A stretch of 64,000 nucleotides of DNA. Origin: a virus (taxonomy: Duplodnaviria > Caudoviricetes). The stretch lies in the IMG/VR virus record IMGVR_UViG_3300044695_004869; one strand, given 5' to 3'. Position numbers and translations under genes: made by a program. Positions within the stretch are counted from its first letter, which is position 1. Each line of letters opens with the position of its first letter. The notes under the pieces were generated by a model, which was not told where the DNA came from, ran no database searches, and saw only the letters and a list, made by a program, of their open reading frames with translations. Positions 10,360 to 19,852 of the stretch are shown here, piece by piece.

Positions 10360-11055
10360 ATGAAAGTTTCAATTTGTATACCATCATATGATAGTGATGG
10401 CAGTAACCTACATTTATTAAGTAAAAATATACAATCTTGTATATCTCAAGATTATAATGACTATGAAATTATTGTATCAGATCATTCACCTGGTGACAAT
10501 GTAAAAAATTTAATTTATAATTTTAAAAGTGATAAAATAAAATACATTAAAAACTCAAACAATATTGGATATCCCGCACACAATACAAATAATGCAATTT
10601 TAAATTCAAGTGGGGAATTTATTAAAATAATGAATCAAGATGATTATTTTAATAATAATTCTGTTTTAAGAAATATGATGTTGTTAACTAAAACCCATAA
10701 GTGGGTCCTTAATGGTTTTACACATTTAAAATCGGGAACTGATATTTTTTATAACCCAAAAATACCAAGAATAAATGGAAATGGAATTCATTTATTGGAC
10801 GGTATAAATACAATAGGATGTCCTAGCGTTGGATTGATTCCAAAGGGAGAGCTAATTGATGTGGATGTTACATATATGATTGATTGTGAGTTATGGTATC
10901 GGTTATTTATTAAATATGGATATCCGGGAGTTGTTAATGATCATAATATTATTATTGTTATGGGGGACCATAATTTGAGCACTAAACTAATAAATGATAG
11001 TAAATCTATGATTTTAAAAGATAAAGATTATTGTTATAAAAAATATAAACTATGA
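10360..11055 (+). CDS. GT2-family glycosyltransferase
   Basis: SICIPSY, IVSDHS, IMNQDD and IDCELW motifs. Confidence 0.75.
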   Translation: MKVSICIPSYDSDGSNLHLLSKNIQSCISQDYNDYEIIVSDHSPGDNVKNLIYNFKSDKIKYIKNSNNIGYPAHNTNNAILNSSGEFIKIMNQDDYFNNNSVLRNMMLLTKTHKWVLNGFTHLKSGTDIFYNPKIPRINGNGIHLLDGINTIGCPSVGLIPKGELIDVDVTYMIDCELWYRLFIKYGYPGVVNDHNIIIVMGDHNLSTKLINDSKSMILKDKDYCYKKYKL

Positions 11056-12203
11056 AAAATTTAAATTTATTTGTACCTAAATTCAGAAATGATGAAATTA
11101 TTGAACATATAACAGAATGTTTAGATAAAGGATGGACAGGTCTTGGATTCAAAACCGTTGAGATTGAATCCAAATGGAAAGAATATACTGAACTACCTCA
11201 CGCCCATTTTATAAACTCAAACACATCTGGGCTTCACTTGGCAATTAAAATACTTAAAGATTCAAATAAATGGAATGATGGTGATGAAATCATCACAACA
11301 CCTATGACATTTGTTTCCACAAATCACGCAATAAATTATGAAAATCTAAATCCTATTTTTGCGGATGTTGATGATAACTTATGTTTAGATCCAAAATCGG
11401 TTGAAAGTTTAATAACTAAGAAAACAAAGGCGGTTATTTTTGTCGGTATAGGAGGTAATACCGGTCAATTAAATGAAATTATTAATTTATGTAAAAGAAA
11501 AAAACTTAAATTAATACTTGATGGAGCTCATATGGCTGGGACATTTATGAATATAGATGGAGAAGTAAAACACGTAGGTCATAATGTTGACGTGTCAGTT
11601 TTTAGTTTCCAATCAGTAAAAAATTTACCTACGGCGGATTCAGGAATGATCTGTTTTAAAAATGAGGATTACGATACATTAGTACGAAAATTATCTTGGC
11701 TTGGTATAGATAAGGATACATATCAAAGATCTAATGATAAAGGAACATATAAATGGGAATATGATTTAGTTGATGTTGGATTTAAATATCACGGTAATTC
11801 TATTATGGCATCAATGGCCTTAGTAGGTTTAAAATATTTAGAAGAAGATAATTCACGTAGACGAGAAATTTGTAAAATGTATGAAGAAGGATTTAAAAAC
11901 ACAGATATTAAATTTATTTCTACCCACAAAGATTGCATTAAACCTTCAAGACATTTATTTCAAATTGTTGTTAACAATAGAAATAAAATGATGGAACTCT
12001 TAAATGGATATGGTATTTACCCTGGAGTACATTATAGAGACAATATGTTATATAAAATGTATAAAAGTAATTACGGTTCTTGCCCAAACTCACATAAATT
12101 ATCCGAACAAGTAATATCATTACCATTACATATGTTTTTAACAAATGATGATATTAAATATATTATTGAGATGGTAATATTATCAAATAAAAATTTAAAT
12201 TAA
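11052..12203 (+). CDS. DegT/DnrJ/EryC1/StrS PLP sugar aminotransferase (catalytic Lys present)
   Basis: NSNTSGLHLA, TPMTFVST, DGAH, FSFQSVKNLPTADSG (Schiff-base Lys) and VHY motifs. Confidence 0.85.
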   Translation: MKNLNLFVPKFRNDEIIEHITECLDKGWTGLGFKTVEIESKWKEYTELPHAHFINSNTSGLHLAIKILKDSNKWNDGDEIITTPMTFVSTNHAINYENLNPIFADVDDNLCLDPKSVESLITKKTKAVIFVGIGGNTGQLNEIINLCKRKKLKLILDGAHMAGTFMNIDGEVKHVGHNVDVSVFSFQSVKNLPTADSGMICFKNEDYDTLVRKLSWLGIDKDTYQRSNDKGTYKWEYDLVDVGFKYHGNSIMASMALVGLKYLEEDNSRRREICKMYEEGFKNTDIKFISTHKDCIKPSRHLFQIVVNNRNKMMELLNGYGIYPGVHYRDNMLYKMYKSNYGSCPNSHKLSEQVISLPLHMFLTNDDIKYIIEMVILSNKNLN

Positions 12204-12204
12204 T

Positions 12205-12846
12205 ATGGAAACTTTAGTTATTTTAGGATCGGCCGGTTTAGCAAAAGAGTTTTTTTTATATATAAAAAGATCTCAACCTCAGATTAAAAATTTTATTTTT
12301 GTTAATGATCTTAATGATGGTCAAAATGAAATTGTAATATCCGGAATTTCATATCCTGTTGTTAAAGATTGGAAATTTGATTCAAATTACTTTTTTACGG
12401 TTGCGGTGGGAAGTCCTAAAATAAAAAATCTTTTAGTTCAAAAAGCATTAGATAGTGGGTTAATTCCCGCACCAACTTTTGTTGATATAGACGCCAAAAT
12501 ATTAGATAACACTATTAAGCTGGGTGTTGGGGGAATTATCTCACCCGGATGTATTTTAACTACAAATATAAGTATCGGAAATTATACGACATTAAATTTA
12601 AATACAACAGTAGGTCATGACACAGTTATTGGTGATTTTGTGACAACTAACCCCGGTGTTCATATTTCAGGACATTGTAATATTGGAGATATGAATGAAT
12701 TTGGTACAGGATCAATAGTAAGAGATAGGTTAACAATTGGTAGTAATAAAATGTTTGGGGCTCAAAGTGCAGTTGTAAAATCTTTATTAGATGATAACCC
12801 TGAAATTTTTGTAGGTGTCCCAATTAAACTTTTAAATAAAAAATAA
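12205..12846 (+). CDS. Hexapeptide-repeat sugar acetyltransferase (NeuD/PglD/PerB family)
   Basis: N-terminal ILGSAG, then left-handed beta-helix repeats and VGHD; ends VGVP. Confidence 0.8.
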   Translation: METLVILGSAGLAKEFFLYIKRSQPQIKNFIFVNDLNDGQNEIVISGISYPVVKDWKFDSNYFFTVAVGSPKIKNLLVQKALDSGLIPAPTFVDIDAKILDNTIKLGVGGIISPGCILTTNISIGNYTTLNLNTTVGHDTVIGDFVTTNPGVHISGHCNIGDMNEFGTGSIVRDRLTIGSNKMFGAQSAVVKSLLDDNPEIFVGVPIKLLNKK

Positions 12847-13628
12847 TGGGATTTGTAAGTGTTAAACTTATGGGTGGATTGGGAAATTATTTATTTCAAA
12901 TTGCATCTTCATATTCTAAATCAATTGACGATAATTTAAATTTTATACTAGATATAAATGACATTACAATTGTACATTCAAATCCAAACAACTATAAAAA
13001 TAATATTTTTAGGAAATTAAATTTCCAACCATTAAATGAATCTTATTCACATTATAAAGAACCATCTTTTAATTATAATGCCATACCAAAATTTAATAAT
13101 AACACAAAAATGGTTGGGTATTTTCAAAGTGAGAAATATTTTTTAAATAACCAAGAAAAAATACTTAACATTTTTTCTATTGATGATTTAACCAATAATT
13201 TACTCGAAACAAAATATGGTGATATATTAAATCACAATACTTGTTCTATACACGTAAGAAGAGGTGATTATGTTAGATTAAATCAATATCATCCACCACA
13301 ATCAATTGAATATTATAAAGAATCGATTAAAATTATTGGTGAGGATTCTCATTACTTAATTTTTTCGGATGATATAAATTGGTGTAAAGAAAATTTATCA
13401 TTTATAAAAAATAAAACTTTTATTGAGGGTAATGATGATTATCAGGATTTATATTTAATGTCCATGTGTAAAAACAATATTATTGCAAATTCTTCATTTT
13501 CTTGGTGGGGGGCATGGTTAAATAAAAATGAAGATAAAAAAATCATATCACCAAAATTATGGTTTGGTGAAAAAAATAAACATTTAAACAGTAATGATAT
13601 ATACTGTAAAAACTGGATTGTGATATGA
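12846..13628 (+). CDS. GT11 alpha-1,2-fucosyl/colitosyltransferase
   Basis: GGLGNYLFQ, GYFQSEKYF, HVRRGDY, FSDD..W and ANSSFSWWGAWL motifs. Confidence 0.88.
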   Translation: MGFVSVKLMGGLGNYLFQIASSYSKSIDDNLNFILDINDITIVHSNPNNYKNNIFRKLNFQPLNESYSHYKEPSFNYNAIPKFNNNTKMVGYFQSEKYFLNNQEKILNIFSIDDLTNNLLETKYGDILNHNTCSIHVRRGDYVRLNQYHPPQSIEYYKESIKIIGEDSHYLIFSDDINWCKENLSFIKNKTFIEGNDDYQDLYLMSMCKNNIIANSSFSWWGAWLNKNEDKKIISPKLWFGEKNKHLNSNDIYCKNWIVI

Positions 13629-14413
13629 AAGAAATTAAACCAACTCTAATAGGAGGTATTCCAAATAAATTAGGAGATTTAGAAAAAAAAGTTATTGTAT
13701 ACGTAGACCAATATGGTATTAATTTAGACCATTATAATCATAATGATTACGATTATAAAATTTATTGGCAAATTGAGGGTCAAGGAGTAATACCTAGAAG
13801 AGAAAATAATATAAGTTTCCCAATACAACATAAAAATAAATTTGATCTTATTATTGCAAGTGACCCGACAATATTAAATGAGTGTTCAAACTCAGTTGTT
13901 TTCCCATTTGGGGATTGTTGGATTCCATTAGATGATCAAAAAATACATGATAAAAATAAATTACTTTCAATTATCGCATCTTCAAAAAATGAATTGCCAG
14001 GTCATAAATTAAGACATTTAACAATAAATAATATTGGTAATAAAATGGACATTTATGGTAGATGTTGTAATTATGTGGAAAATAAGACGGACGCTTTAAA
14101 AGATTATATGTTTTCAATATGTACAGAAAATTTACAAATTGAAAATTGGTTCACCGAAAAATTAATTGATTGCCTTAGAACGGGAACAATTCCTATATAT
14201 TGGGGATGTCCAAATATTGGAAAGTATTTTAACCTTAATGGTTTTATAATTGTTAATTCAATAGAAGAAATTATTGATGTTGTTAACAATTTATCCGAAG
14301 ATCAATATTTTTCTAACTTAAAATATGTGGAGGAAAATTTTATTAAATCCGCTCAATATGGTAGTAATTTATTTGAAAGAGTTGATAACGAAATAAAAAA
14401 AATAGTGAAATGA
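13625..14413 (+). CDS. GT10-like (alpha-1,3/4) fucosyltransferase
   Basis: YMFSICTEN...WFTEKLIDC...GTIPIYWG is the GT10 motif. Confidence 0.7.
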   Translation: MKEIKPTLIGGIPNKLGDLEKKVIVYVDQYGINLDHYNHNDYDYKIYWQIEGQGVIPRRENNISFPIQHKNKFDLIIASDPTILNECSNSVVFPFGDCWIPLDDQKIHDKNKLLSIIASSKNELPGHKLRHLTINNIGNKMDIYGRCCNYVENKTDALKDYMFSICTENLQIENWFTEKLIDCLRTGTIPIYWGCPNIGKYFNLNGFIIVNSIEEIIDVVNNLSEDQYFSNLKYVEENFIKSAQYGSNLFERVDNEIKKIVK

Positions 14414-15321
14414 ATAAAATAGTAGTAACAGGAGGATCTGGATTAGTTGGTAAATATTTAAAAAAATATCTACCTGAGGCAATTTATTTATCATCAAAGG
14501 ATTTTGATTTAACTACTGAAGTGGGAGTTAGAAATATGTACCTAAAGTATAAACCGGATGTCGTTATTCACTTGGCGGCAAAAGTTGGTGGAATTATAGA
14601 TAACATTAATAAACCCGCGGAGTATTATACTGAAAATGTAATGATGAATACATTATTAGTTGATTACGCATATAAAATGGATGTAAAAAGATTTATCGGT
14701 ATTTTAAGTACTTGTATTTTTCCTGATGTAATGGAGACATATCCAATGAAAGAGGAAGATTTACATTTAGGTCCGCCAACGTTAACTAATTTTTCATACG
14801 GATATGCGAAAAGAAGTTTAGCGGTTCAAATAGATGCGTACAACAAACAGTATAATACTAAATACCAATACTTAACTCCATGTAATTTATATGGTGTTGG
14901 GGATAAAGATCATGAATCTAATAGTCATTTCATAACGGCATTGGTAAAGAAAATATTTGACGCCAAACAAAATGGTGAAAAATCAATAACTTTATTTGGA
15001 GATGGATCTCCATTAAGACAATTTATGTTTGCCGATGATTTCGCCAAAATAATTTATCATGTTATCTCTGATGAAATTTATGATAGTTTTAATGTTGCAG
15101 GAAATGAAAATTTAACAATTAAAGATATGGCTAATATTGCATTAAATTCATGTGATTCAGAATTTTTAGAAATTAATTGGGATTTATCTAAACCAAATGG
15201 ACAACATAGAAAAGACGTATCCATAGAAAAATTAAAATCTTTACTACCTAATTTCAATCCCTTATCATTAACGGAAGGAATAAAAATAGTATATAATAAT
15301 TATTATGATAAAATTAGTTAA
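14410..15321 (+). CDS. fcl: GDP-L-fucose synthase / GDP-colitose synthase (Fcl/ColC) epimerase-reductase
   Basis: TGGSGLVG, HLAAKVGGI, STCIFP (Cys), YGYAKR, NLYG, SHF (His) and RQF motifs. Confidence 0.88.
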   Translation: MNKIVVTGGSGLVGKYLKKYLPEAIYLSSKDFDLTTEVGVRNMYLKYKPDVVIHLAAKVGGIIDNINKPAEYYTENVMMNTLLVDYAYKMDVKRFIGILSTCIFPDVMETYPMKEEDLHLGPPTLTNFSYGYAKRSLAVQIDAYNKQYNTKYQYLTPCNLYGVGDKDHESNSHFITALVKKIFDAKQNGEKSITLFGDGSPLRQFMFADDFAKIIYHVISDEIYDSFNVAGNENLTIKDMANIALNSCDSEFLEINWDLSKPNGQHRKDVSIEKLKSLLPNFNPLSLTEGIKIVYNNYYDKIS

Positions 15322-16465
15322 TGACACAATAAATAAAGATGATGTAAAATCCCTATGTGAATGGTTATTACAAGATGAAATACCTCGTTTAACTAAAGGT
15401 GATTTAACATTGAATCTAGAATCAAAATGGGCCGAAAAAATTGGTACAAAATATTCTGTTTATGTTAACTCAGGGTCTTCGGCAATACTTTTAACTTTAG
15501 CGGCATTACAACACACCAATCGTCTAAAAAATAATAAAATTATTGTCCCTGGTTTAAGTTGGGCAACCGATGTGAGCTCACCAATGTTATTGGGTATGGA
15601 ACCAATATTATGTGATTGTAATTTAGAGGATCTATCTTGTGACTTAACTCATTTAGAAAATTTATTTATTGATTACTCCCCATCATCATTTATTTTGGTT
15701 TCACCATTAGGTTTAGTGCCCGATATGGAAAGAATAATAAATCTTTGTGAGAAGTACGATGTTATATTGTTAGAAGATGTATGTGAGAGCATGGGATCTA
15801 AATATGAAAATAAATATTTAGGGTCTTTTGGATTTGCATCATTTTTCTCTATGTATTTTGGTCATCATTTAAGTACTATTGAAGGTGGTTTTATAAACAC
15901 TAACGACACAGATTTTTATCATGCATTATTGATGATGAGAAGTCACGGTTGGGATAGAGATTTACCAAAAAGAATCCAAAATAAATTACGAAACGAAAAT
16001 GGAATTAGTGAATTTGATTCACTATATACATTCTATTTACCGGGATTTAATCTAAGATCAACGGATCTACAAGCATTTATTGGGTTAAGAGCGATTGACA
16101 AGTTAGATAATTATACTGAAAAAAGAAATAAAAATTTTCGATTATATAGGTCAACTATAAATGATAACCAATTAAACATTACAGATACCGAGAATAATTT
16201 CATTTCAAATTTTGCATATCCAATTGTAAACAAAAATAGGGAAATCATTATAAAGAAATTAATTGATAATGATATTGAAGTTAGACCTTTAATTGCTGGT
16301 GATATGTCTAAAAAACCTATGTGGATTAAAAATTATGGAGAAGTATCATTACCTAATTGTCAATTAATTAATGAGTATGGATTTTACATACCTAACCATC
16401 AGGATTTAACTTCTAAAGATATAAATATTATTTGTGATATTATTAATAATGTACAGATTGTATAA
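15305..16465 (+). CDS. colD: ColD-like GDP-4-keto-6-deoxymannose 3-dehydratase (PLP, His in place of Lys)
   Basis: NSGSSA, EDVCES, SMYFGHHLSTIEGG (His at the catalytic Lys position), RSHGW, PGFNLRS and RPLIAG; lies between fcl and gmd. Confidence 0.72.
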   Translation: MIKLVNDTINKDDVKSLCEWLLQDEIPRLTKGDLTLNLESKWAEKIGTKYSVYVNSGSSAILLTLAALQHTNRLKNNKIIVPGLSWATDVSSPMLLGMEPILCDCNLEDLSCDLTHLENLFIDYSPSSFILVSPLGLVPDMERIINLCEKYDVILLEDVCESMGSKYENKYLGSFGFASFFSMYFGHHLSTIEGGFINTNDTDFYHALLMMRSHGWDRDLPKRIQNKLRNENGISEFDSLYTFYLPGFNLRSTDLQAFIGLRAIDKLDNYTEKRNKNFRLYRSTINDNQLNITDTENNFISNFAYPIVNKNREIIIKKLIDNDIEVRPLIAGDMSKKPMWIKNYGEVSLPNCQLINEYGFYIPNHQDLTSKDINIICDIINNVQIV

Positions 16466-17228
16466 ACCCGCCAGATCTAAAGAGGCGTATAGAGGTTTAT
16501 TTTCTTATTTAACAGAATCTGTTTTAAACATGGTAAACTTCATAAAATTAAATGGGGATGATGATATAAAATATTATCATGATTTATTTAACATACCGGG
16601 ATATGGTAATCAAAATTTATATGATATCTATTTAACACAAGATGAAAATGATTATAAAATAAATAACCATCTTTATAAAAATATAGAATCATTTGAAAAT
16701 ATTTTAAATATTGATTGTTATGGTTTTGAAAAATATAATCAGGATCTTAGGTTAATTAGTGAAAAAGTTATTAATAAGTTTTTTATACCTAATAAAACTT
16801 TAAATGAATTAATTAGTAAAAGACACCATGAAATTAATTTTAATACAACAATTGGGGTTCATAGAAGATCAACCGATATAGGTACCCACCATAATATTAT
16901 AAAAATGCATGATATTTTTAATGAAATTGAATTTAATGATTTTGATAATATTTTTTTAATGTGCGATAACATATATGATACAAATAAATTTAAACAAAGA
17001 TATGGAAACAAACTTATAACATATGATGAGTTTACTTCCAAAGATATGAATTTACCTTTTTTTAAAATTAATAATTCAGTTGAAGATATAGATAACCATA
17101 TTAAAGAATTACTATTCGGTGTTTTTACATTATCAAAAACAAAAAATTTTATATGTACAAAATCTAATATATCTTCTTTCTGTGTTTTGTCCAATTCTAA
17201 ATTAAACTATAAATTACTTAACAAATAA
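16449..17228 (+). CDS. NodZ/GT23-like fucosyltransferase
   Basis: GLFS near the N-terminus, IGVHRRSTD, IFLMCD and SNIS..C motifs. Confidence 0.55.
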   Translation: MYRLYKPARSKEAYRGLFSYLTESVLNMVNFIKLNGDDDIKYYHDLFNIPGYGNQNLYDIYLTQDENDYKINNHLYKNIESFENILNIDCYGFEKYNQDLRLISEKVINKFFIPNKTLNELISKRHHEINFNTTIGVHRRSTDIGTHHNIIKMHDIFNEIEFNDFDNIFLMCDNIYDTNKFKQRYGNKLITYDEFTSKDMNLPFFKINNSVEDIDNHIKELLFGVFTLSKTKNFICTKSNISSFCVLSNSKLNYKLLNK

Positions 17229-17229
17229 A

Positions 17230-18201
17230 ATGAAAAAAGCATTAATTACCGGCATAAATGGTCAAGATGGTTCATATTTAGCCGAATTTCTTTTAGATAA
17301 AGGTTATGAGGTTCACGGAACTTTAAAAAGAAATTCAGTGTCTGAAAATCAAACATCTAGATTAGATAATGTATTTGAAAAAATAAAATTTCACTATGCC
17401 GACCTAACCGATCTTTCATCGTTAATTAGGATTATAAGTGAAATAAACCCAGACGAAATATATAATTTAGCGGCACAATCTCACGTTAGAATATCTTTTG
17501 ATCAACCAATATATACCGCAAACGTAACTGGCTTAGGAACATTAAATGTTTTAGAGGCGGTTAAATTAATTAACCCAAAAATAAAAATTTATCAGGCATC
17601 ATCTTCAGAAATGTTTGGTAATAATATTGATGAAGACGGTTACCAAAGAGAGTCAACACCAATGAGCCCTGTTTCACCTTACGGATGTGCTAAAGTTTTT
17701 AGTTATAATATATCCCGTAATTATAGAAATTCATATGGGATGTTTATCTCTAACGGAATATTATTCAACCATGAATCACCAAGACGAGGTACAAATTTTG
17801 TTACTAACAAAGTTTGCAAAGAAGCCGTTAAAATTAAATTAGGGTTAAGTAACGAACTTAAGTTGGGTAATTTAGACGCAACAAGAGATTGGGGTCATGC
17901 TAAGGATTATGTTGAAGCAATGTGGATGATTTTACAATTAGATAAGTCGGATGATTTTGTGTGTTCTACAGGTATATCCCACTCGGTTAAAGATCTAGTT
18001 GAATACGTTTTTAATAAATTAGAATTGGATTGGACAAAATATATTAAACAAGATGAGAAATTTTATAGACCTGAAGAACTTAACGATCTTAAAGGCGACT
18101 CAAAAAAATTAAGAGAATTCACTAATTGGTCACCAAGATATACATTTGAAACTATGTTGGACGAAATGATAGAATATTGGTTAAATATCTTAAATAAATA
18201 A
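17230..18201 (+). CDS. gmd: GDP-mannose 4,6-dehydratase
   Basis: ALITGINGQDGSYLAEFLL, YNLAAQSHV, QASSSEMFG, SPYGCAK, NHESPRRG and RDWGHAKDY motifs. Confidence 0.95.
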   Translation: MKKALITGINGQDGSYLAEFLLDKGYEVHGTLKRNSVSENQTSRLDNVFEKIKFHYADLTDLSSLIRIISEINPDEIYNLAAQSHVRISFDQPIYTANVTGLGTLNVLEAVKLINPKIKIYQASSSEMFGNNIDEDGYQRESTPMSPVSPYGCAKVFSYNISRNYRNSYGMFISNGILFNHESPRRGTNFVTNKVCKEAVKIKLGLSNELKLGNLDATRDWGHAKDYVEAMWMILQLDKSDDFVCSTGISHSVKDLVEYVFNKLELDWTKYIKQDEKFYRPEELNDLKGDSKKLREFTNWSPRYTFETMLDEMIEYWLNILNK

Positions 18202-18214
18202 TAAATAAAAATTA

Positions 18215-18952
18215 ATGGCAACAAGAAGAAAAACACCTCAGACAACTGAAGAAACAACAAATCCTTTGATATCAAGAAAGGACTTTATTAATTCAGTTAT
18301 TAAGAAAAAACAAAAAAACAAATTTTTATCTGATCATCAAGAAGAGTATTATAACATATTAAAAAATAATCAGATAACTGTTGCGTCAGGACCTGCGGGT
18401 GTTGGAAAAAGTTACATTGCAATGAAAGCTGCGGTTGATTTACTTATGGACCCAAATAACTCATATGAGAAGATTATCATTGTAAGACCTGCGGTTGAGG
18501 CCGAAGAAAAGTTAGGTTCTTTACCGGGTAACCTTGAGGAAAAATTAGACCCATACATTTTTCCATCATACTATCTATTAAATAAAATTATTGGTAAAGA
18601 TGCTAGAGAAAAATTAAAAGAGGCTGAGGTTATTGAGGTATTTGCGTTAGCATTTATGAGAGGGATGAATATTGATAATTCAATACTAGTATTTGAAGAA
18701 GCTCAGAATTCAACACCAAATCAAATGAAACTTTTGTTAACAAGAATTGGTTTCAACAGTAAATTCTTTATCTCAGGTGACCTTGAACAAACTGATAGAT
18801 ATAAAGACAAAAAACAATCAGGTCTTTACGATGCAATCCAAAGATTTAAAGATGTTAGAGATATTGGAGTATATGATTTTAGAGACGCTAAAAACGTAAG
18901 AAATCCATTAATTAGTAAAATCCTTAGTAAGTATGATGAGAATAGGGATTGA
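18215..18952 (+). CDS. phoH: PhoH-family ATPase
   Basis: GPAGVGKS, LGSLPG, FMRG, EAQN and GDLEQTD motifs. Confidence 0.92.
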   Translation: MATRRKTPQTTEETTNPLISRKDFINSVIKKKQKNKFLSDHQEEYYNILKNNQITVASGPAGVGKSYIAMKAAVDLLMDPNNSYEKIIIVRPAVEAEEKLGSLPGNLEEKLDPYIFPSYYLLNKIIGKDAREKLKEAEVIEVFALAFMRGMNIDNSILVFEEAQNSTPNQMKLLLTRIGFNSKFFISGDLEQTDRYKDKKQSGLYDAIQRFKDVRDIGVYDFRDAKNVRNPLISKILSKYDENRD

Positions 18953-19586
18953 GATTAATGGGGTGTTAAGAGACACCATTGGTAAGTTCACGCAACTTTA
19001 CGAAAAACATTTAATTGATGAAATTGAATCTAATAACCCAACGTATTTAATGGATCTTTCAGGTAATACTGAGGTTACACTATTAGACGATCCATTTAAA
19101 TATGAAAAATTAAGTGATGTTACATCGTTAAATTTGTTAGATCATTTTTCCTTCCCATCTAAAGATGAATTATATAGTTTTATGTATGAAGAATATACAA
19201 TGGAACTTTTTGGCCACGCACCATCTACAGAAATGATGACTTTTAATATTTTAAATGATATTTATCACAACCTAAGAGATAAATACGATTTAATGATTGT
19301 GTCGGACGAAATAGGTAGATCAAAACCATCTTCATTATTTTTCTTATCTAAATTTGGTTGTTTACTTGAAAAAGTATTTTTTTATAGTGAAGTAACAAAA
19401 AATGATATGTGGAATGGTGTAGACATTTTACTTACCGCTAATCCTGACCTATTATTAAATAAACCTTCTAATAAGATAGTGATAAAATACGAAACAGAAT
19501 TTAATAAAAATGTTGAATCCGAACACACAATTAAATCATTATCAGAATTTGAAGATAAATTAACAAAAATTATTGAAAATGTTTAA
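18933..19586 (+). CDS. 5'(3')-deoxyribonucleotidase-like HAD-fold protein with degenerate motif I
   Basis: IGIEINGVLRDT occupies the place of the IxxDxDGV motif. Confidence 0.45.
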   Translation: MMRIGIEINGVLRDTIGKFTQLYEKHLIDEIESNNPTYLMDLSGNTEVTLLDDPFKYEKLSDVTSLNLLDHFSFPSKDELYSFMYEEYTMELFGHAPSTEMMTFNILNDIYHNLRDKYDLMIVSDEIGRSKPSSLFFLSKFGCLLEKVFFYSEVTKNDMWNGVDILLTANPDLLLNKPSNKIVIKYETEFNKNVESEHTIKSLSEFEDKLTKIIENV

Positions 19587-19848
19587 AGTATTTGGAGATC
19601 ACTATTACCTTGATTTAGATGTAATAGAAGAGTATACTAAAATTGTCCCTGATATGACGACAACGGGAGAAACCGAAAATCATATCCATATTGTTAAGTA
19701 TGAAACAATTAAATATTTAATTGAAACCATAATGACAGAAAATGAAACGATAGACGAAAAATTAGGGATGAATTCATCAGAAGCATCTCTACCATTTAAA
19801 ATTGCGTTTAATACACTATTATTCAAAAAAATAATAAATAAATTATAA
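19579..19848 (+). CDS. Hypothetical protein
   Basis: Short ORF in operon context; ATG at 19579. Confidence 0.55.
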   Translation: MFKVFGDHYYLDLDVIEEYTKIVPDMTTTGETENHIHIVKYETIKYLIETIMTENETIDEKLGMNSSEASLPFKIAFNTLLFKKIINKL

Positions 19849-19852
19849 ATAT

